Below, one piece after another: positions 30,638 to 42,352 of a stretch of 64,000 nt of DNA. The stretch is from Escherichia coli. Its GTDB lineage: Bacteria > Pseudomonadota > Gammaproteobacteria > Enterobacterales > Enterobacteriaceae. The DNA lies in NCBI RefSeq assembly GCF_050920415.1, contig NZ_CP169309.1. One strand, 5' to 3'. The notes under the pieces were generated by a model that did not search any database, was not told where the DNA came from, and worked only from the letters and a program-made list of their open reading frames with translations. Made by a program: the position numbers and the translations under genes. The number at the start of each line of letters is the position of its first letter. Position 1 is the first letter of the stretch.

Positions 30638-32478
30638 TTATTGCGACTGCCGGACACGTTGACCACGGCAAAACAACCTTATTGCAGGCGATTACTGGCG
30701 TAAATGCCGACCGTCTGCCGGAAGAAAAAAAGCGCGGCATGACCATCGATCTCGGCTATGCCTACTGGCCGCAGCCGGATGGTCGTGTTCCGGGTTTTAT
30801 CGACGTTCCCGGTCATGAAAAGTTTCTTTCCAACATGCTGGCGGGCGTCGGGGGTATCGATCACGCGCTGTTGGTGGTGGCGTGCGATGACGGCGTGATG
30901 GCACAGACCCGTGAGCATCTGGCGATTTTACAGCTGACCGGTAACCCGATGCTGACCGTGGCGCTGACCAAAGCCGATCGCGTGGACGAAGCGCGTGTTG
31001 ATGAGGTTGAACGCCAGGTAAAGGAGGTACTGCGGGAATACGGTTTTGCTGAGGCAAAACTGTTTATCACCGCAGCAACCGAAGGCCGGGGAATTGATGC
31101 CCTGCGCGAGCATCTGCTTCAGTTACCAGAGCGTGAACACGCCAGCCAACATAGCTTCCGCCTCGCTATCGACCGTGCTTTTACCGTAAAAGGTGCCGGG
31201 CTGGTCGTCACCGGTACGGCGTTAAGTGGGGAAGTGAAGGTAGGCGATTCACTCTGGCTGACTGGTGTAAATAAACCGATGCGCGTGCGTGCGCTGCATG
31301 CGCAAAATCAGCCAACAAATGCAGCTCATGCCGGGCAGCGTATTGCGCTTAACATCGCGGGTGATGCGGAAAAAGAGCAGATTAACCGTGGCGACTGGCT
31401 GCTTGCCGATGCGCCGCCGGAGCCGTTCACACGGGTGATTGTCGAGCTTCAAACCCATACACCGCTGACCCAGTGGCAGCCGCTGCATATTCACCACGCC
31501 GCCAGCCACGTCACGGGACGCGTTTCGCTGCTGGAAGATAACCTTGCCGAGCTGGTGCTCGACACCCCGTTATGGCTGGCAGATAACGATCGCCTGGTGC
31601 TGCGCGATATCTCGGCCCGCAACACGCTGGCGGGGGCGCGCGTGGTGATGCTTAACCCGCCGCGTCGCGGTAAGCGTAAGCCGGAATATCTGCAATGGCT
31701 GGCGTCTCTTGCACGGGCGCAGAGCGATGCCGATGCGTTAGCTATTCATCTGGAACGCGGAACGGTTAACCTTGCTGATTTCGCCTGGGCGCGCCAGCTC
31801 AACGGCGAAGGGATGCGTGAACTGCTGCAGCAACCGGGCTATATTCAGGCCGGTTACAGCTTGCTGAATGCACCGGTTGCCGCTCGTTGGCAGCGGAAAA
31901 TTCTCGATACCCTGGCGACTTATCATGAGCAGCATCGCGATGAACCAGGTCCTGGGCGCGAGCGTCTGCGGCGCATGGCGTTGCCAATGGAAGATGAAGC
32001 GCTGGTGCTGTTGCTGATTGAAAAGATGCGCGAAAGCGGCGACATCCTCAGTCATCACGGTTGGCTGCATCTGCCGGATCATAAAGCGGGATTCAGCGAA
32101 GAGCAGCAGGCTATCTGGCAAAAAGCGGAGCCGCTGTTTGGTGACGAGCCGTGGTGGGTGCGTGACCTGGCAAAAGAGACGGGAACCGACGAGCAGGCAA
32201 TGCGTTTGACGCTACGCCAGGCGGCCCAACAGGGGATAATCACTGCGATCGTCAAAGATCGTTATTACCGTAACGATCGGATTGTCGAATTTGCCAATAT
32301 GATCCGCGATCTCGATCAGGAATGTGGTTCAACCTGCGCGGCGGATTTCCGCGATCGCTTAGGTGTAGGCCGAAAGCTGGCAATTCAAATTCTGGAATAT
32401 TTTGACCGTATTGGCTTTACGCGTCGCCGTGGAAATGATCATTTATTGCGCGACGCATTATTATTTCCCGAAAAATAA
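30634..32478 (+). CDS. selB: Selenocysteine-specific elongation factor SelB (614 aa)
   Basis: GTPase P-loop [16 protein letters not shown] at the N-terminus, 614 aa. Confidence 0.9.
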   Translation: MIIATAGHVDHGKTTLLQAITGVNADRLPEEKKRGMTIDLGYAYWPQPDGRVPGFIDVPGHEKFLSNMLAGVGGIDHALLVVACDDGVMAQTREHLAILQLTGNPMLTVALTKADRVDEARVDEVERQVKEVLREYGFAEAKLFITAATEGRGIDALREHLLQLPEREHASQHSFRLAIDRAFTVKGAGLVVTGTALSGEVKVGDSLWLTGVNKPMRVRALHAQNQPTNAAHAGQRIALNIAGDAEKEQINRGDWLLADAPPEPFTRVIVELQTHTPLTQWQPLHIHHAASHVTGRVSLLEDNLAELVLDTPLWLADNDRLVLRDISARNTLAGARVVMLNPPRRGKRKPEYLQWLASLARAQSDADALAIHLERGTVNLADFAWARQLNGEGMRELLQQPGYIQAGYSLLNAPVAARWQRKILDTLATYHEQHRDEPGPGRERLRRMALPMEDEALVLLLIEKMRESGDILSHHGWLHLPDHKAGFSEEQQAIWQKAEPLFGDEPWWVRDLAKETGTDEQAMRLTLRQAAQQGIITAIVKDRYYRNDRIVEFANMIRDLDQECGSTCAADFRDRLGVGRKLAIQILEYFDRIGFTRRRGNDHLLRDALLFPEK

Positions 32479-32536
32479 GGGAATGATTAATTCATAATAA
32501 ATATGAATTAATACAAAGTTCTTATTAATGTTAAGG

Positions 32537-32573
32537 AAGCACGTTATTTGATGAATGTAACGTGCTTTTTATT
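32537..32573 (+). terminator. Rho-independent terminator after selB
   Basis: Inverted repeat aagcacgtta...taacgtgctt followed by a T-run (tttttatt). Confidence 0.55.
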
Positions 32574-32667
32574 AAAAATATTTTAATAAACGGTAATGTT
32601 GATCATATTTTCAAATGAAAATCCTCAGTAAGCTGCCCGCCCTTTTTTACACTTTCAGGAGTGTGTT

Positions 32668-33819
32668 ATGGCAGCTTCAACCTTTTTTATTCCTTCCGTG
32701 AATGTTATCGGCGCTGATTCATTGAATGATGCAATGAATATGATGGCAGATTATGGATTTACCCGTACCTTAATTGTCACTGACAATATGTTAACGAAAT
32801 TGGGTATGGCGGGCGATGTGCAAAAAGCACTGGAAGAGCGCAATATTTTTAGCGTTATTTATGATGGCACCCAGCCTAACCCAACCACGGAAAACGTCGC
32901 CGCAGGTTTGAAATTACTTAAAGAAAATAATTGCGATAGCGTAATATCCCTGGGCGGTGGTTCTCCGCACGACTGTGCAAAAGGTATTGCGCTGGTTGCA
33001 GCCAACGGCGGTGACATCCGCGATTATGAAGGCGTTGACCGCTCTGCAAAACCGCAGTTGCCGATGATCGCCATCAACACCACTGCGGGTACTGCATCAG
33101 AAATGACTCGTTTCTGCATCATCACCGACGAAGCTCGTCACATCAAAATGGCGATTGTTGATAAGCACGTGACTCCGCTGCTTTCTGTCAATGACTCCTC
33201 GCTGATGATCGGTATGCCGAAGTCACTGACCGCTGCAACGGGTATGGATGCCTTAACGCACGCTATCGAAGCGTATGTGTCTATTGCCGCCACGCCGATC
33301 ACCGACGCTTGCGCACTGAAAGCGGTGACCATGATTGCCGAAAACCTGCCGTTAGCCGTTGAAGATGGCAGCAATGCTAAAGCGCGTGAAGCAATGGCTT
33401 ACGCTCAGTTCCTCGCGGGTATGGCGTTCAACAACGCATCTCTGGGTTATGTTCATGCGATGGCGCACCAGCTGGGCGGTTTCTACAACCTGCCGCACGG
33501 TGTATGTAACGCCGTTCTGCTGCCGCATGTTCAGGTATTCAACAGCAAAGTCGCTGCTGCGCGTCTGCGTGACTGCGCTGCTGCGATGGGTGTTAACGTG
33601 ACAGGTAAAAATGACGCAGAAGGTGCAGAAGCCTGCATCAATGCCATCCGTGAACTGGCGAAGAAAGTGAATATCCCGGCAGGCTTGCGTGACCTGAACG
33701 TGAAAGAAGAAGATTTCGCGGTACTGGCGACCAATGCCCTGAAAGATGCCTGCGGCTTTACTAACCCGATTCAGGCAACTCACGAAGAAATTGTGGCGAT
33801 TTATCGCGCGGCGATGTAA
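32668..33819 (+). CDS. yiaY: Iron-containing alcohol dehydrogenase YiaY (383 aa)
   Basis: Group III Fe-ADH motifs ([11 protein letters not shown]; histidine cluster [10 protein letters not shown]). Confidence 0.85.
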   Translation: MAASTFFIPSVNVIGADSLNDAMNMMADYGFTRTLIVTDNMLTKLGMAGDVQKALEERNIFSVIYDGTQPNPTTENVAAGLKLLKENNCDSVISLGGGSPHDCAKGIALVAANGGDIRDYEGVDRSAKPQLPMIAINTTAGTASEMTRFCIITDEARHIKMAIVDKHVTPLLSVNDSSLMIGMPKSLTAATGMDALTHAIEAYVSIAATPITDACALKAVTMIAENLPLAVEDGSNAKAREAMAYAQFLAGMAFNNASLGYVHAMAHQLGGFYNLPHGVCNAVLLPHVQVFNSKVAAARLRDCAAAMGVNVTGKNDAEGAEACINAIRELAKKVNIPAGLRDLNVKEEDFAVLATNALKDACGFTNPIQATHEEIVAIYRAAM

Positions 33820-34019
33820 TCATCATTCCCACAATGGCTGGCTAATTGTCAGCCATTTTTTCAACTCTCTCAAAATTTGCGATTTTTGAGAGAGTTTTAG
33901 TTATCTCTGTAATCCTTGCCCGTAAATTCGTGATAGCCGTCGTAAAGCTATCACCAGCTGGCGAAGATTTCGCCAGTCACGTCTACCCTTGTTATACCTC
34001 ACACCGCAAGGAGACGATC

Positions 34020-35558
34020 ATGACCAATAATCCCCCTTCAGCACAGATTAAGCCCGGCGAGTATGGTTTCCCCCTCAAGTTAAAAGCCCGCTACGACAAC
34101 TTTATTGGCGGCGAATGGGTAGCCCCTGCCGACGGCGAGTATTACCAGAACCTGACGCCGGTGACCGGGCAGCTACTGTGCGAAGTGGCGTCTTCGGGCA
34201 AACGAGACATCGATCTGGCGCTGGATGCTGCGCATAAAGTGAAAGATAAATGGGCGCATACTTCGGTGCAGGATCGCGCGGCGATTCTGTTTAAGATTGC
34301 CGATCGAATGGAGCAGAACCTCGAACTTTTAGCGACGGCTGAAACCTGGGATAACGGCAAACCCATTCGCGAAACCAGTGCTGCTGATGTACCGCTGGCG
34401 ATTGACCACTTCCGCTATTTCGCCTCGTGTATTCGGGCGCAGGAAGGCGGTATTAGCGAAGTGGATAGCGAAACCGTGGCTTATCACTTCCACGAACCGT
34501 TAGGCGTGGTGGGGCAGATTATCCCGTGGAACTTCCCGCTGTTGATGGCGAGCTGGAAAATGGCTCCCGCGCTGGCGGCGGGCAACTGTGTGGTGCTGAA
34601 ACCCGCACGTCTTACCCCGCTTTCTGTACTGCTGCTAATGGAAATCGTTGGTGATTTACTGCCGCCGGGCGTGGTGAACGTGGTTAACGGCGCTGGTGGG
34701 GAAATTGGCGAATATCTGGCGACCTCGAAACGCATCGCCAAAGTGGCGTTTACCGGCTCAACGGAAGTGGGCCAACAAATTATGCAGTACGCCACGCAAA
34801 ATATTATTCCGGTAACCCTGGAACTGGGCGGCAAGTCGCCAAATATCTTCTTTGCTGATGTGATGGATGAAGAAGATGCCTTTTTCGATAAAGCGCTGGA
34901 AGGCTTTGCACTGTTTGCTTTTAACCAGGGCGAAGTTTGCACCTGTCCAAGTCGTGCCTTAGTGCAGGAGTCAATCTACGAACGCTTTATGGAGCGCGCC
35001 ATCCGCCGTGTCGAAAGCATTCGCAGCGGTAACCCGCTCGATAGCGTGACGCAAATGGGGGCGCAGGTTTCTCACGGGCAACTGGAAACCATCCTCAATT
35101 ACATTGATATCGGTAAAAAAGAGGGTGCTGACGTGCTCACCGGTGGGCGGCGCAAGCTGCTGGAAGGCGAACTGAAAGACGGCTACTACCTCGAACCGAC
35201 GATTCTGTTTGGTCAGAATAATATGCGCGTGTTCCAGGAAGAAATTTTTGGTCCGGTGCTGGCGGTAACCACCTTCAAAACGATGGATGAGGCGCTGGAG
35301 CTGGCGAACGACACGCAATATGGCCTGGGGGCTGGTGTCTGGAGCCGCAACGGTAATCTGGCCTATAAGATGGGGCGCGGTATTCAGGCAGGGCGCGTGT
35401 GGACCAACTGTTATCACGCTTACCCGGCACATGCGGCGTTTGGCGGCTACAAACAATCAGGTATCGGCCGTGAAACCCACAAGATGATGCTGGAGCATTA
35501 CCAGCAAACCAAGTGCCTGCTGGTGAGCTACTCAGATAAACCGTTGGGGCTGTTCTGA
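34020..35558 (+). CDS. aldB: Aldehyde dehydrogenase B (512 aa)
   Basis: Start at ATG 34020 ([17 protein letters not shown]..., AAGGAG RBS); ALDH signature ELGGKSP and catalytic Cys in [10 protein letters not shown]. The longer upstream ORF from 33846 is not used. Confidence 0.9.
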   Translation: MTNNPPSAQIKPGEYGFPLKLKARYDNFIGGEWVAPADGEYYQNLTPVTGQLLCEVASSGKRDIDLALDAAHKVKDKWAHTSVQDRAAILFKIADRMEQNLELLATAETWDNGKPIRETSAADVPLAIDHFRYFASCIRAQEGGISEVDSETVAYHFHEPLGVVGQIIPWNFPLLMASWKMAPALAAGNCVVLKPARLTPLSVLLLMEIVGDLLPPGVVNVVNGAGGEIGEYLATSKRIAKVAFTGSTEVGQQIMQYATQNIIPVTLELGGKSPNIFFADVMDEEDAFFDKALEGFALFAFNQGEVCTCPSRALVQESIYERFMERAIRRVESIRSGNPLDSVTQMGAQVSHGQLETILNYIDIGKKEGADVLTGGRRKLLEGELKDGYYLEPTILFGQNNMRVFQEEIFGPVLAVTTFKTMDEALELANDTQYGLGAGVWSRNGNLAYKMGRGIQAGRVWTNCYHAYPAHAAFGGYKQSGIGRETHKMMLEHYQQTKCLLVSYSDKPLGLF

Positions 35559-35835
35559 TGTAAGAAGCTGGTCGCATCGGGTATTCATTGCCTGATGCGA
35601 CGCTTTCGCGTTTTACCAATTCAAATGTCTACGTCTTGAATGACTGAATATTGATTGAACTTAATTACGAGTCTCCTCGCATCTTTTCAACAAGTTACTG
35701 CACACCGTTATTCTTCTTCCGAACGGCATTCCTGAGTCAACTTTATCTCCCTGACGGCCCATATAAATCGCGCTATCGTGATTGTTATTGCTAAGTGTGT
35801 GTGTATCGTGTGTATAATCATGGAAGGGCAGGGAT

Positions 35836-36021
35836 GTGAAAAGTGCAGACGTGATCGCCATCCTGAAGCAGCATGGCTGGGAACATATTCGAACCCGTGG
35901 TAGTCATCATCAGTTCCGCCACCCTGTCCATCCGGGTCTGGTGACGGTTCCGCACCCTAAAAAAGATATTAAGCCCGGTACGCTGGCGCAAATTGGGCGT
36001 CAGGCTGGTTTAACATTTTAA
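35836..36021 (+). CDS. hicA: HicA-family toxin (YcfA-like mRNA interferase), 61 aa, GTG start
   Basis: MKSADVIAILKQHGWEHIRTRGSHHQFRHPVHPGLVTVPHPKKDIKPGTLAQIGRQAGL matches the HicA pattern (GSHhqf...vtvPhH.kdlk.gtl..I..qaGl). Confidence 0.7.
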   Translation: MKSADVIAILKQHGWEHIRTRGSHHQFRHPVHPGLVTVPHPKKDIKPGTLAQIGRQAGLTF

Positions 36022-36037
36022 AATTTCAGGAGGCAAT

Positions 36038-36448
36038 ATGTTTTATCCCGCCTATATCCACAGTGATCCTGACGGCAGCGCCAGCGGTTTTTTCCCTGAT
36101 GTTCCAGGCTGTTATTTTGCTGGTGATACGCTGGACAACGCTTTCCAGGATGCGCGAAGTGCACTGGTCGCGCACTTCGAAACCTTATGCGAGATGAATG
36201 AAGAGTTGCCGCTTCCAGGCTCTGTGGAAACACATCTGGTCCAGCGTGCGCAGGACTTTATTGGCGGGCAATGGTTGCTGGTGGATATCAATATGAATCA
36301 GTTCGAAGGTCGGGCTGAACGTATCAATATTACGATGCCGAAAAGATTACTGAACAAGATTGATACCTACGTGCGCAATAACCCAGACTACGCCAACAGA
36401 AGTGCGTTTCTGGCGGAAGCTGCCCGGCGTGTATTGCCGGGCGTTTAA
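36038..36448 (+). CDS. hicB: HicB-family antitoxin with C-terminal ribbon-helix-helix domain (136 aa)
   Basis: Starts 17 bp after hicA; N-terminal HicB fold; C-terminal INITMPKRLLNKIDTYVRNNPDYANRSAFLAEAARRVL has RHH character. Confidence 0.65.
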   Translation: MFYPAYIHSDPDGSASGFFPDVPGCYFAGDTLDNAFQDARSALVAHFETLCEMNEELPLPGSVETHLVQRAQDFIGGQWLLVDINMNQFEGRAERINITMPKRLLNKIDTYVRNNPDYANRSAFLAEAARRVLPGV

Positions 36449-36780
36449 TCTCGCGTTTCGATGGTGAGCGGGCGGACCAGGCTGTACAGCCACAGACCAA
36501 AACAAGCGATGGTGCCAATCACCACGGTGAGGAACACACTGACTGACAGGCCTGCAAGCAATCCCGCAGGCAGGGCCAGCAGGCCGTGGATCACGGTGTC
36601 GTTCCATCTCACCTGATCGTAGCCAAACATGCCTAAAACGCCGCAAACCAGACCGTAAATCACCATTGGTGTTCCGAGGCCAATCAGCAATAAACGGTAG
36701 ATAATTGAAGGTTTAATACGCTTTATCTGTACTGTGGATGTTTTACTGGGGTTATTCATTAGTTTGGTCAATAGTTCCAT
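36445..36780 (-). CDS. Small inner-membrane protein, about 110 aa, 2-3 predicted TM helices
   Basis: Hydrophobic segments IIYRLLLIGLGTPMVIYGLVCGVLGMF and LLALPAGLLAGLSVSVFLTVVIGTIACFGLWLY; convergent with hicB, stop codons overlap; start codon uncertain. Confidence 0.4.
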   Translation of the reverse strand: MELLTKLMNNPSKTSTVQIKRIKPSIIYRLLLIGLGTPMVIYGLVCGVLGMFGYDQVRWNDTVIHGLLALPAGLLAGLSVSVFLTVVIGTIACFGLWLYSLVRPLTIETRD

Positions 36781-36941
36781 TATTTCAATATGATAAACCT
36801 CGACCTGTTGAAAAGCCAGGTAGCACACTTCAGAAAGTATATAAAAAACAATATGTCGTTATATAAATAAGGAAATTGCACTGCATCATGGCATTTCATA
36901 ATATGCGTTAATTGTTCTTTTTTATATTCTCTGAGGGAAAT

Positions 36942-37265
36942 ATGTTCCTGGACTATTTTGCACTGGGAGTGCTTATTTTTGTATTTCTGGTGATATTCTA
37001 TGGGATTATTATTTTACATGATATTCCCTACCTGATTGCTAAAAAACGTAATCATCCTCATGCCGACGCCATTCATGTTGCTGGTTGGGTGAGTCTTTTT
37101 ACGCTGCATGTTATCTGGCCATTTTTGTGGATTTGGGCCACGCTTTACCACCCGGAGCGGGGATGGGGAATGCAAAACCATGACTCCTCCGTTGTGCAAC
37201 TACAACAGCGTATTGCCGGGCTGGAGAAACAGCTCGCCGACATCAAATCCTCTTCTGCCGAGTAA
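36942..37265 (+). CDS. yiaW: Small inner-membrane protein YiaW (107 aa)
   Basis: Start at [15 protein letters not shown]... (GAGGGA RBS); paralogue of YibI; directly upstream of yiaV. Confidence 0.8.
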   Translation: MFLDYFALGVLIFVFLVIFYGIIILHDIPYLIAKKRNHPHADAIHVAGWVSLFTLHVIWPFLWIWATLYHPERGWGMQNHDSSVVQLQQRIAGLEKQLADIKSSSAE

Positions 37266-37270
37266 TACTT

Positions 37271-38407
37271 ATGGATTTACTGATTATTTTGACCTATGTG
37301 GCTTTCGCATGGGCAATGTTTAAGATCTTCAAAATTCCTGTAAATAAATGGACCATTCCCACCGCGGCCCTGGGTGGCATATTTATTGTCAGCGGTCTAA
37401 TTCTGTTAATGAACTATAACCATCCGTATACCTTTAAAGCGCAAAAAGCGGTTATTTCTATTCCTGTTGTCCCGCAGGTGACAGGCGTGGTGATCGAAGT
37501 GACGGACAAGAAAAATACGCTGATTAAAAAAGGTGAGGTGCTATTTCGACTGGACCCGACGCGTTATCAGGCGCGGGTGGATCGGCTGATGGCGGATATC
37601 GTTACCGCAGAACATAAACAGCGGGCGTTGGGCGCAGAGTTAGATGAGATGGCGGCGAATACTCAGCAGGCAAAGGCCACGCGGGATAAATTCGCTAAAG
37701 AGTACCAGCGTTACGCACGCGGCAGCCAGGCGAAAGTAAACCCGTTTTCAGAACGCGATATTGATGTGGCGCGGCAAAATTATCTGGCGCAGGAAGCCTC
37801 CGTAAAGTCATCGGCGGCGGAACAAAAACAGATCCAGAGCCAGCTGGATAGCCTGGTGTTGGGTGAACATTCTCAAATCGCCAGCCTGAAAGCGCAGCTC
37901 GCGGAAGCAAAATATAACCTTGAGCAGACGATAGTGCGTGCGCCGAGCGATGGTTATGTGACCCAAGTGCTGATTCGTCCGGGTACCTATGCCGCATCGC
38001 TGCCGCTACGTCCTGTGATGGTGTTTATACCCGATCAGAAACGACAAATTGTGGCGCAGTTCCGTCAGAACTCCTTGCTGCGACTGGCTCCCGGCGATGA
38101 TGCGGAAGTGGTGTTTAATGCTCTGCCAGGTAAGGTATTCAGCGGTAAGCTGGCATCCATTAGTCCAGCTGTTCCCGGCGGAGCTTATCAGTCGACCGGC
38201 ACCTTACAGACGTTAAACACAGCACCGGGTTCAGATGGCGTTATCGCGACCATTGAACTGGATGAGCACACTGAGTTGAGCGCTTTACCAGACGGTATTT
38301 ACGCCCAGGTGGCGGTTTACTCTGATCATTTCAGCCATGTCTCGGTGATGCGCAAAGTGCTGTTACGCATGACCAGTTGGGTGCATTACCTTTATCTCGA
38401 TCATTAA
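37271..38407 (+). CDS. yiaV: HlyD-family membrane fusion protein YiaV (378 aa)
   Basis: N-terminal TM helix, coiled-coil region and beta-barrel; intact paralogue of the IS-disrupted yibH. Confidence 0.85.
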   Translation: MDLLIILTYVAFAWAMFKIFKIPVNKWTIPTAALGGIFIVSGLILLMNYNHPYTFKAQKAVISIPVVPQVTGVVIEVTDKKNTLIKKGEVLFRLDPTRYQARVDRLMADIVTAEHKQRALGAELDEMAANTQQAKATRDKFAKEYQRYARGSQAKVNPFSERDIDVARQNYLAQEASVKSSAAEQKQIQSQLDSLVLGEHSQIASLKAQLAEAKYNLEQTIVRAPSDGYVTQVLIRPGTYAASLPLRPVMVFIPDQKRQIVAQFRQNSLLRLAPGDDAEVVFNALPGKVFSGKLASISPAVPGGAYQSTGTLQTLNTAPGSDGVIATIELDEHTELSALPDGIYAQVAVYSDHFSHVSVMRKVLLRMTSWVHYLYLDH

Positions 38408-39378
38408 TCTTCGCTTTCCGCCGCTTGTTCAGGCCGCAGTTGCTGCGACTGAGCAAGCTGGTGGCGAATTTCACGCAGCATTTCATCCAGCACATACTGG
38501 ACCCGCCAGGGCTGGTATTCCCGTTTACGGAAGATAGCCACCAGATCCAGCCACCATTCATACGGTTGCTGAAAGCAGGGCACCAGCGTGCCGTCTTGCA
38601 GGTCGCTCTGCACACTTTTGTCTGGCGCAAACACAATCCCCAGGTGATTTCGTGCCAGCTCCAGCGCCGATTGCGTGTTGTCGCAAACGTAATTTCCCTT
38701 CACGCGATAATCCCGCACCTCTTTACTCCCGGCGACGTTGAAGCGCCAGATATTCGCGTCGTCGATCATCATCGAGTCGATCAAAATACAGGAGTGATGT
38801 TCGAGTTCGTCAGGACGGCTAATGGGATGTTTCTCAAGATAGCGCTGACTGGCATAAGCGGTTACGGCATATTGCGTAATAAAACTGGCAACCAGCGATT
38901 CATCTTTTGGTGGAGCATAGCTGATTAAAACATCACAATCATCGGGAAATTCGACACCTTCATAAAAGGCATTACGCTCAAGATTGCAGGTTTTTAGCGA
39001 TAAGGTGATATCACCGATATCTTTAATTTTATCGATAACATGTTTGGATAAATAGGTAATTATGCCGGTTGGGGCGTAGATGGTGACCCGACCACGTTTC
39101 TCATGCTTATAATCTGCAATAAAATTATTAAGTTGCTCGTTTCTGTCCAGCATGTCGTTGATGTACGGTAACAGCGCGGTACCAAAAGGTGTGAGCATCA
39201 GCTGCCGGGTGGTTCGGTCAAAGACTTTTAAACCTACTTTTGATTCAAAATCAGCAAGATATTTGCTGACGTTGGCCTGTGCGAATCCAAGTACAGTCGC
39301 GGCATGGCTGATATTTTCACTGGCAGCGATTACCGAGATAATTTTTAACTCCCGGTACTTAAGTTGTAATTTTGTCAT
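38404..39378 (-). CDS. yiaU: LysR-family transcriptional regulator YiaU (324 aa)
   Basis: N-terminal LysR HTH ([41 protein letters not shown]); divergent from yiaT. Confidence 0.85.
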   Translation of the reverse strand: MTKLQLKYRELKIISVIAASENISHAATVLGFAQANVSKYLADFESKVGLKVFDRTTRQLMLTPFGTALLPYINDMLDRNEQLNNFIADYKHEKRGRVTIYAPTGIITYLSKHVIDKIKDIGDITLSLKTCNLERNAFYEGVEFPDDCDVLISYAPPKDESLVASFITQYAVTAYASQRYLEKHPISRPDELEHHSCILIDSMMIDDANIWRFNVAGSKEVRDYRVKGNYVCDNTQSALELARNHLGIVFAPDKSVQSDLQDGTLVPCFQQPYEWWLDLVAIFRKREYQPWRVQYVLDEMLREIRHQLAQSQQLRPEQAAESED

Positions 39379-39501
39379 CGCAACAGCCCAATTATATATA
39401 ATTTTATATATTACTATATAAATATGAATCTTGCACCGGAGAAATTGTAAGCATTATTATGCCGACTCTTTTTTATCTTATTTTAAAATGGAATACCGGA
39501 C

Positions 39502-40242
39502 ATGTTAATTAACCGCAATATTGTGGCGTTATTTACGTTGCCTTTTATGGCAAGCGCTACTGCTTCTGAATTATCCATTGGTGCTGGTGCAGCTTATAAT
39601 GAATCGCCTTATCGTGGTTATAATGAAAATACAAAGGCAATTCCGCTGATTAGTTATGAAGGTGATTCTTTTTATGTTCGTCAGACCACGTTAGGTTTTA
39701 TTCTGTCGCAAAGTGAAAAAAATGAACTTAGCCTGACCGCATCCTGGATGCCGCTGGAATTTGACCCTGCAGATAATGACGATCATGCCATGCAACAGCT
39801 TGATAAGCGTGATAGTACGGCTATGGCGGGGGTTGCCTGGTATCACCACGAGCGTTGGGGAACCGTGAAAGCCTCTGCGGCTGCGGACGTTCTGGATAAC
39901 AGCAACGGCTGGGTGGGGGAGCTATCGGTATTTCACAAAATGCAGATAGGTCGCCTGTCGCTGACACCTGCACTGGGCGTTCTCTATTATGACGAGAATT
40001 TCAGTGACTATTACTATGGCATTTCAGAGAGTGAGTCCCGTCGTAGCGGTCTGGCAAGTTATTCCGCGCAGGATGCCTGGGTGCCCTATGTCAGCCTGAC
40101 GGCAAAATACCCGATAGGAGAGCACATCGTATTGATGGCGAGTGCCGGATACAGCGAGCTGCCGGAAGAGATTACCGACAGCCCGATGATTGATCGTAAT
40201 GAGAGTTTTACCTTTGTCACCGGCGTGAGCTGGCGTTTTTAA
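39502..40242 (+). CDS. yiaT: Outer-membrane protein YiaT (MipA/OmpV family, 246 aa)
   Basis: Signal peptide then beta-strand-rich sequence ending in an aromatic C-terminus (...VSWRF). Confidence 0.85.
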   Translation: MLINRNIVALFTLPFMASATASELSIGAGAAYNESPYRGYNENTKAIPLISYEGDSFYVRQTTLGFILSQSEKNELSLTASWMPLEFDPADNDDHAMQQLDKRDSTAMAGVAWYHHERWGTVKASAAADVLDNSNGWVGELSVFHKMQIGRLSLTPALGVLYYDENFSDYYYGISESESRRSGLASYSAQDAWVPYVSLTAKYPIGEHIVLMASAGYSELPEEITDSPMIDRNESFTFVTGVSWRF

Positions 40243-40289
40243 TTTACCGGTGGATGTCGGTGCGGCTGGCCTACGCTCTCGCACTGACC

Positions 40290-40370
40290 TTCAGGCTTGA
40301 TAAGACGCGTTAAGCGTCGCATCAGGCAATGTGCACCCTACGTTGGATGCGGCGCGAGCGCCTTATCCAA
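40290..40370. repeat. REP/BIME elements
   Basis: gcttgataagacgcgttaagcgtcgcatcaggc and ggatgcggcgcgagcgccttatcc palindromes. Confidence 0.6.
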
Positions 40371-40371
40371 C

Positions 40372-42342
40372 CTACGGATGGCAATGCTTTTCCTCATTCA
40401 CCCAGATCCGCATTTCGCCTTCACCCCGGTTAGCCCAGCTAAACCACGGGATAAATGTCAGAGTTTGCGGCTGGCGTTTGGCTGGCGCGCTGTCGTAATG
40501 CCACAGCGGTTGCTGCTCTGGATTGCTCTGTTCATACCGGTAACCCGGTGCCTGGATTAAGATCTTATGGCGGAACAATCCATTACCTTCAAATGTCGTA
40601 AATGGCGCATCGGCGGGCAGCCACAGGTTATGCAGTGACTCGCCGTTGTCGGCCTGTTCCAGGCAATACACCAGCGGGCCGCGCTGAATCGCCACTTTTC
40701 CGGCGACGTGACGCACCAGCGGGTTACCGTAAACGCGACGTACCGGCATTGGCAAAGTCAGATTCAGCGTGTCGCCCTCCTGCCATTCGCGGGTAATGTG
40801 CAAATACCCTTTACGAATATCCTGCTCGACCTCTTCCCCATTCAATGTAATCTGCGGCTGTGTGCACCAGTCCGGCAGACGTAAAGCCAGCGTATGACGC
40901 ACCGGCTGGGGCGATTCAACCGCAATTGTCACCTGTTCCTGCCACGGATAGTTTCCGCTAACCCGCAGACGCAGCGTGCCATTTTCTACCGGCACTTCCA
41001 TGCTGTTTCCTGCGTAGATGTTGATATACAACGCATCTTCACGCGGCGTGTAGAGATAATGACCAATCGAGGTTAGCACGCGGGCGATATTTGGCGGACA
41101 ACAAGCGCAACCAAACCAACGCTGGCGGATCGGCTTAACGTGATCGTAGATATGGTTGAATTTCAGCGATTTTGGATGTACTTCCAGCGGATTCACATAG
41201 AAGAAATGTTTGCCATCCAGCGCCATGCCGCCGAGCACGGTGTTGTACAGTGCGCGCTCCATCACATCGGCATATTGACTGTCGCCTTCCATTTCCAGCA
41301 TTCGCCGGGCGAACATCATCAGGCCGATGGAAGCACAGCTTTCGGCGTATACCGTGTCATTCGGCAGATCGTAATCGCTGCTGAACGCTTCGCCGCTGCT
41401 TTGTGAGCCAATGCCGCCGGTAATATATAACTGACGCTGGGCCATATTGTTCCACAGCCGCAGGCAGTCCTGACGCTTGCTTTCATCGTGACTTAAACGC
41501 GCGAGATGCGCGACGCCGGTCATCAGGTAGACAAAACGTACCGCGTGACCAATGGCAGTTTGCTGCTGTGCGATGGGCAAATGTGCCTGGCTGTAGGCTT
41601 TGTCTTTCACCATCCACGCCGGGCCGTAGGTGTGCCAGTGCGAGGTCTGCCCGCGCTTTTCATATTCCTGGTCGTAATAGTGCGGTTGCGCACCACGCTG
41701 TTCGACAAAATAGTTCGTCAGCGCCAGGTAGCGCGGCTCTTCGGTCACTTCATATAGGCGCATTAGTGCCAGTTCAATTTCCGGGTGACCAGGATAACCG
41801 TGTAACTTACTTTCACCTGGACCAAATACGCTGTCGATATGATCGGCCAGACGGCAAACCACTTCCAGCAAGCGCCGCTTGCCCGTGGCCTGGAAGAAGG
41901 CGACTCCGGCTTCAATCAGATGACCGGCGCAGTAAAGTTCATGACACTCCGCCAGATTGCTCCAGCGTTCTTCGGGCGTTTTTACCGTAAAGTAAGTATT
42001 GAGATAGCCATCTTCGCACTGGGCGGAAGCGACCAGTTCGATTACCTCGTCAGCAGTTTTTTCCAGTTCGGCATCCGGCTTCTGGCACAGCGACCAGGCT
42101 ACCGCTTCCAGCCATTTGGCGACGTCGCTGTCCTGAAACACCATCCCGTAAAATTCACCGTCTTGCAGTCCTGCGGCAATGCGAAAGTTTTCAATCGCAT
42201 GGCTGGGTTCCGCTTCTGGGATACGATCGTTCAAGGCATCCCACTGATAAGGAATCACCACGTCGCGGACCAGTTGTTGGTACTGACCGAGGAACGGATC
42301 GCTGACCGTCAGTTTATGCAGATCGACTTCCGAAATGTTCAT
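40372..42342 (-). CDS. Glycoside hydrolase, GH127-like (DUF1680 family, beta-L-arabinofuranosidase-type), about 656 aa
   Basis: Start at MNISEVDLHKL (AAGGAG RBS); Cys-rich motif WFGCACCPPN typical of GH127 as I recall it; 10 bp downstream of the transporter gene. Confidence 0.65.
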   Translation of the reverse strand: MNISEVDLHKLTVSDPFLGQYQQLVRDVVIPYQWDALNDRIPEAEPSHAIENFRIAAGLQDGEFYGMVFQDSDVAKWLEAVAWSLCQKPDAELEKTADEVIELVASAQCEDGYLNTYFTVKTPEERWSNLAECHELYCAGHLIEAGVAFFQATGKRRLLEVVCRLADHIDSVFGPGESKLHGYPGHPEIELALMRLYEVTEEPRYLALTNYFVEQRGAQPHYYDQEYEKRGQTSHWHTYGPAWMVKDKAYSQAHLPIAQQQTAIGHAVRFVYLMTGVAHLARLSHDESKRQDCLRLWNNMAQRQLYITGGIGSQSSGEAFSSDYDLPNDTVYAESCASIGLMMFARRMLEMEGDSQYADVMERALYNTVLGGMALDGKHFFYVNPLEVHPKSLKFNHIYDHVKPIRQRWFGCACCPPNIARVLTSIGHYLYTPREDALYINIYAGNSMEVPVENGTLRLRVSGNYPWQEQVTIAVESPQPVRHTLALRLPDWCTQPQITLNGEEVEQDIRKGYLHITREWQEGDTLNLTLPMPVRRVYGNPLVRHVAGKVAIQRGPLVYCLEQADNGESLHNLWLPADAPFTTFEGNGLFRHKILIQAPGYRYEQSNPEQQPLWHYDSAPAKRQPQTLTFIPWFSWANRGEGEMRIWVNEEKHCHP

Positions 42343-42352
42343 CTTGTGCTCC

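Noticed and set aside
33846-34019. Longer aldB ORF starting at 33846
   Set aside because: The upstream 58 codons have no RBS and are not part of AldB as I recall it; a good RBS precedes the ATG at 34020.
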